Below, piece after piece: positions 27,225 through 30,927 of a stretch of DNA of 30,927 bases. The DNA comes from an uncultured Muribaculaceae bacterium (GTDB lineage: Bacteria; Bacillota_I; Bacilli_A; RF39; UBA660). The position numbers and the translations under genes are program-made. Each line of letters begins with the position of its first letter. The stretch's first letter is position 1. The notes under the pieces are model-generated. The model did no database searches. It saw only the letters and a program-made list of their open reading frames with translations, and was not told the origin of the DNA. The DNA is taken from NCBI GenBank assembly GCA_964470385.1, contig CAYYCR010000002.1, positions 1-30,927 of the forward strand, written 5' to 3'.

Positions 27225-28667
27225 TCACATTGATAAACGGTAAGGTTCTTGTTCTGTTCCTTTTCCTGATGTGATTTTTACTTCTGGTTTTAGGAAAAGT
27301 GAGGGACGAACACCATAAGTGCCGTTCGCGTGGGGTGCGTCGACAAACCCCTCCGTGTACACAAGCCACACGCCGTTCGGGCTGCCGCTATACGGCGTAA
27401 TTGTCCATTGATATGTACTATTGTTAAATAGGTAGTTATTACTGATACATACATTATTAGTGCTCATTAAATTCGTTGCTCTTTCACAACTTGCATTATT
27501 TGAAGCATATCCATAATCGGTTATACTCATTAGTCCTATATACCCTGTTGATGATGAACTTCTTTCTGCCTCTTCAAAAGTTCCTAATGTATAGTCACTT
27601 CCATTTACTCCTGTATACCATGTTCCATTGGCGATATAACTTCTACTAGTCTCATCGATATAATTTGTATTACTATAAAAGCTTGTCCCATTTAATTCCG
27701 TTTTCAAATCAGCTGGTCGATTCCAATTACTTGAACCCCATGTTCCACCAGTCGTATCCCATCTTAACGATGTACTATAGAAACTATTTTTGATTATCTT
27801 CATTTTTCCGTCTATCACACCTATAATTCGATATAAATGATTTTCATCACAGGTTGCATTCTGTGTTCCAAAGCATACATAGTTATTGGGATTACTTCCT
27901 GCATATCTTTTATTTCCTAAATTATCTGTTCTGATTGTTCCATTTGCTCCCACTTCTGCTGTCATTTTATCTTCTGTTAATACTGTACTTGACGATTCCA
28001 CGATTATTGTTTTACTTGCTTTCACTGTTTTTCCTGCTTCTGTTACTGTACATTCTATAACATGTGTTCCATTATCCAAACTACTTGTATTTGTTACTTC
28101 TACATTTTCGTTTGAGGTATCTACACATCTAACACTTCCAAATCTTATATTAAAGTATTCTAATATTGATTTGGAAACTCCTTTTTCTATTGTTTCACTT
28201 TTAGAATCTTTTACTGTAATTAATGAAATATCACTTCCCTCTGGTATTTTACATTTATCTTTTTCATATTTGATTAATCTTACATTCGTATCAGTTTTAC
28301 TCTTTATCGCACACCATTCGTTATTATGAATGGCTAGAGCTATTTCTCCACTTTTGCTGAGTGTTAAAATTCCACCTTTTGGTTTTGAACCACTATAAGA
28401 TAGTACATTCGTAGTCCCCTCTTCAAACGAAAACACTTGGTCTACTGGGTCAGTTTCTTCTAATATACTCTCAGCAAAATAACTTTTGGCTGCTTCCATA
28501 ATTCCATACGCACTATCTTGAAAAGCACTTTTCCTAACTTTCGTTAAAATACTTAAAATTATCGGAGTAGCTATAAGTGCTATTACAGCTAGTATTACGA
28601 TAACTGCTAATAACTCTATTAACGTAAACCCCTTTTTCTTCTGATTTCTTTTTGCAAATTTTTTCAT
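27225..28667 (-). CDS. Type IV prepilin-domain surface protein, paralog 1, with a C-terminal lectin-like variable domain
   Basis: KKKG|FTLIELLAVIVILAVIALIA class III signal with Glu+5; C-terminal WTITP...VWLV..EGFV...YGVRPSLFL. Confidence 0.88.
   Translation of the reverse strand: MKKFAKRNQKKKGFTLIELLAVIVILAVIALIATPIILSILTKVRKSAFQDSAYGIMEAAKSYFAESILEETDPVDQVFSFEEGTTNVLSYSGSKPKGGILTLSKSGEIALAIHNNEWCAIKSKTDTNVRLIKYEKDKCKIPEGSDISLITVKDSKSETIEKGVSKSILEYFNIRFGSVRCVDTSNENVEVTNTSSLDNGTHVIECTVTEAGKTVKASKTIIVESSSTVLTEDKMTAEVGANGTIRTDNLGNKRYAGSNPNNYVCFGTQNATCDENHLYRIIGVIDGKMKIIKNSFYSTSLRWDTTGGTWGSSNWNRPADLKTELNGTSFYSNTNYIDETSRSYIANGTWYTGVNGSDYTLGTFEEAERSSSSTGYIGLMSITDYGYASNNASCERATNLMSTNNVCISNNYLFNNSTYQWTITPYSGSPNGVWLVYTEGFVDAPHANGTYGVRPSLFLKPEVKITSGKGTEQEPYRLSM
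27302..27401 (-). other. Candidate DGR variable region 1
   Basis: GC-rich patch: core 27340-27401 is 37/62 G+C and none of its 20 full codons ends in A; differs from region 2 only at codon positions 1 and 2. Confidence 0.7.
28420..28622. repeat. 203-bp exact direct repeat, copy 1 (pilin N-terminal coding region)
   Basis: Identical by manual comparison to 29974-30176. Confidence 0.9.
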
Positions 28668-28775
28668 TTCTATAACTCCTATCCCATTACTTTTTATCAG
28701 TTTTTATTTTAACATTTATAATAACAATCTCAAAACGGGTCGCCTAGAAGTGACAAAGTTTCCCAACCGACATAA

Positions 28776-30227
28776 CTACTTCGATAAACGATATGGATTT
28801 CCTGTCGTTCCATCTCCATCTGTTACTTTTACATCGGATTCTAGATATAGGACTGGACGCACGCCGCTGGTGCTGTGTGCAGTGTTGGCATCGACATACC
28901 CCTCCGTGCGCACAAACCACACGCCGTACGTGAGGCCGCTATTCGGCGTAATCGTCCATTGATATGTACTACTATTTAATAGGTAATTATTACTGATACA
29001 TGCATTATTAGTAGTGTTTAAATTTGTCGTTCTTTCACAACTTGCATTATTTGATCCATATCCAAAATCGGTTACACTCATTAGTCCTATATATCCTTGT
29101 GATGACGAACTTCTTTCTGCATCCTCAAAATCTGCTAATGTTGCATTAGGATAGATTGCTCCTCCTGTATACCATGTTCCATTTGCGATATAACTTCTGC
29201 TTACCTCATCGATATAATTTGAATTACTATAAAAACTTGTTCCATTTAATTCTGTTTTCAATGTTGCTGGTCTATCCCAGTTATTTGATCCATATGTTCC
29301 ACCAGTTGTATCCCATCTTAAAGCGGTACTATAGAAACTATTTTTGATTATCTTCATTTTTCCGTCTATCACACCTATGATTCGATATAAATGATTTTCA
29401 TCACAGGTTTTATTCTCTGTTCCAAAACATACCCAGTTATTCGGATTACTTCCTGCATATCTTTTATTCCCTAAATTATCGGTTCTTATTGTTCCATTTT
29501 CTCCTACTTCAGAAGTCATCATTTCTTCTGTTAATACTTTACCTAATGATTCCACCACAATTGTTTTATTTGCTGATACTGTATTTCCATTTTCCACTAC
29601 TGTACATTCTATACAGTGCGTACCACTACTTAAACTACTGGTATTGTTTACTTCTACATTTTCATTTGAAGTATCTACACATCTAGCACTCCCCGATATC
29701 ACATTAAAATATTCCAATATGGATTTATCAAGTCCTTTTTCTATCGTTTCACTTTTTGAATCTTTTACGGAAATAAGGGGTAAATCACTTCCGTCTGGTA
29801 TTTTACATTTATCCTTTTCATATTTGATTAATCTTACATTCGTATCAGTTTTACTTTTGATTGCACACCATTCATTATTATGTATGGCTAGAGCTATTTC
29901 TCCACTTTTACTAAGTGTCAGAATTCCACCTTTTGGTTTACTTCCACTATACGATAATTCATTACTAGCTCCATCTTCAAACGAAAACACTTGGTCTACT
30001 GGGTCAGTTTCTTCTAATATACTCTCAGCAAAATAACTTTTGGCTGCTTCCATAATTCCATACGCACTATCTTGAAAAGCACTTTTCCTAACTTTCGTTA
30101 AAATACTTAAAATTATCGGAGTAGCTATAAGTGCTATTACAGCTAGTATTACGATAACTGCTAATAACTCTATTAAAGTGAATCCTTTATTTTTGCCTCT
30201 ATGATTATTACTTGTTACTTTTATCAT
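28776..30227 (-). CDS. Type IV prepilin-domain surface protein, paralog 2, with a C-terminal lectin-like variable domain
   Basis: KNKG|FTLIELLAVIVILAVIALIA; same architecture as paralog 1; likely start MIKVT at 30227 behind AGGAG. Confidence 0.88.
   Translation of the reverse strand: MIKVTSNNHRGKNKGFTLIELLAVIVILAVIALIATPIILSILTKVRKSAFQDSAYGIMEAAKSYFAESILEETDPVDQVFSFEDGASNELSYSGSKPKGGILTLSKSGEIALAIHNNEWCAIKSKTDTNVRLIKYEKDKCKIPDGSDLPLISVKDSKSETIEKGLDKSILEYFNVISGSARCVDTSNENVEVNNTSSLSSGTHCIECTVVENGNTVSANKTIVVESLGKVLTEEMMTSEVGENGTIRTDNLGNKRYAGSNPNNWVCFGTENKTCDENHLYRIIGVIDGKMKIIKNSFYSTALRWDTTGGTYGSNNWDRPATLKTELNGTSFYSNSNYIDEVSRSYIANGTWYTGGAIYPNATLADFEDAERSSSSQGYIGLMSVTDFGYGSNNASCERTTNLNTTNNACISNNYLLNSSTYQWTITPNSGLTYGVWFVRTEGYVDANTAHSTSGVRPVLYLESDVKVTDGDGTTGNPYRLSK
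28853..28952 (-). other. Candidate DGR variable region 2
   Basis: GC-rich patch homologous to region 1; core 28891-28952; no A-ending codons in the core. Confidence 0.7.
29974..30176. repeat. 203-bp exact direct repeat, copy 2
   Basis: Identical by manual comparison to 28420-28622. Confidence 0.9.
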
Positions 30228-30360
30228 CACAACAACTCCTATTCTTTTTCTAAACTTGAGAACTATTTTATACATTTAGAAATATCCAATATTTTTATCT
30301 ATTCTCATTCTATCACATTACTATCACTTCTATCAATATTATTTTTTGATTTCCTTAAAA

Positions 30361-30397
30361 AGAATACTCAGATTCTCTTTAACCTGAGTATTTTTTT
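30361..30397 (-). terminator. Intrinsic terminator after the Rpn-like gene
   Basis: Minus strand ATACTCAGG-TTAAAGAGAA-TCTGAGTAT followed by TCTTTTT, with an A tract on the other side. Confidence 0.7.
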
Positions 30398-30407
30398 CTA
30401 TCAAAAT

Positions 30408-30926
30408 CTAATTTTTCACTTTTTTTAAATTCTGAATCTCATTTTTTGAAAGTTTTGTTGCTCTCATAATAAGTTCTATTGGTACCTCTTCTGATAATAA
30501 ATTCTTTGCTGTTTTTAATATTCCCATTTTTTCTCCCTCAAATTTTCCTTCCAATTTTCCTTTTAATCTTCCCTCTCGGTGTGCTTCCATTCTTGTAAAC
30601 TGAATCTCATCTTCTCTTGTCCACATATCTACTGTAGCCTCCATTCTTTCATATTCTTTTTCGTTTGAATTGAACTTTATGATTTCTTTTACTATAGGTC
30701 CAAATTTTGGATCATTTTCTAATTCTTTTAATTCTTCTTTAGAACTAGCATGAAATAATAAATGATATTTTTCGTTTCTTTCTTTTAAATTTCGGATATT
30801 ATATATTTTCACTTTTAAATTTTCTCCAAATTTTTGATACAGTTCTGTTTCTAACATTCGATACTCTAATATTTCCTTTTCTCCATAAGGATAGTTTAAA
30901 AGCCAATATAGTGTAACTGGTTTGAT
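30408..30926 (-). CDS. Rpn-like (PD-(D/E)XK nuclease family/putative transposase) protein, 5'-truncated by the window edge
   Basis: The frame stays open to the window edge (IKPVTLYWLLNYPYGEKEILEYR-MLETE...); C-terminal REGRLKGKLEGKFEGEKMGILKTAKNLL..PIELI..ATKLS tail typical of Rpn/YpnI-like proteins; catalytic N-terminus not visible. Confidence 0.6.
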   Translation of the reverse strand: MKPVTLYWLLNYPYGEKEILEYRMLETELYQKFGENLKVKIYNIRNLKERNEKYHLLFHASSKEELKELENDPKFGPIVKEIIKFNSNEKEYERMEATVDMWTREDEIQFTRMEAHREGRLKGKLEGKFEGEKMGILKTAKNLLSEEVPIELIMRATKLSKNEIQNLKKVKN

Positions 30927-30927
30927 T

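Noticed and set aside
28735-28775. GC-richer intergenic stretch after pilin paralog 2 as a DGR recognition hairpin
   Set aside because: Only a 4-bp GTCG/CGAC closure with weak internal pairing, and no counterpart after paralog 1
27886-30428. Plus-strand ORFs at 27886, 28750, 29156, 29489, 29644 and 30201
   Set aside because: Antisense shadows of the pilin genes; their mutual similarity only reflects the paralogy
1-30927. Complete DGR cassette (RT, Avd, template repeat), retron or CRISPR array within the window
   Set aside because: No ORF with reverse-transcriptase motifs, no third copy of the GC-rich core and no repeat-spacer array found by eye

Overview
AT-rich chromosomal window from a low-GC Firmicute using genetic code 11 (TGA serves as stop). 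It has cell-wall genes (murC, glmS, a VanY-like peptidase); the gene style suggests an uncultured Bacilli lineage such as RF39 (inference). Left to right: a candidate type I toxin-antitoxin locus, tRNA-Thr(GGT), pyrG with a leader terminator, an ABC transporter with an OmpR-family two-component system, a frameshifted PepSY-repeat gene, the glmS ribozyme and glmS, addA/addB, yigZ, murC, a six-gene Tad-like operon whose TadB is fused to Ig-like domains, a membrane hypothetical, a Fic remnant, a VanY-like D,D-carboxypeptidase, two tandem type IV prepilin-domain paralogs and a partial Rpn-like gene. The top finding is in the two pilin-like paralogs. Each ends in a GC-rich patch of about 100 bp whose differences fall only at codon positions 1 and 2, the pattern of diversity-generating retroelement (DGR) variable regions. 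No reverse transcriptase or template repeat is visible in the window, so they would be remote, trans-diversified targets.
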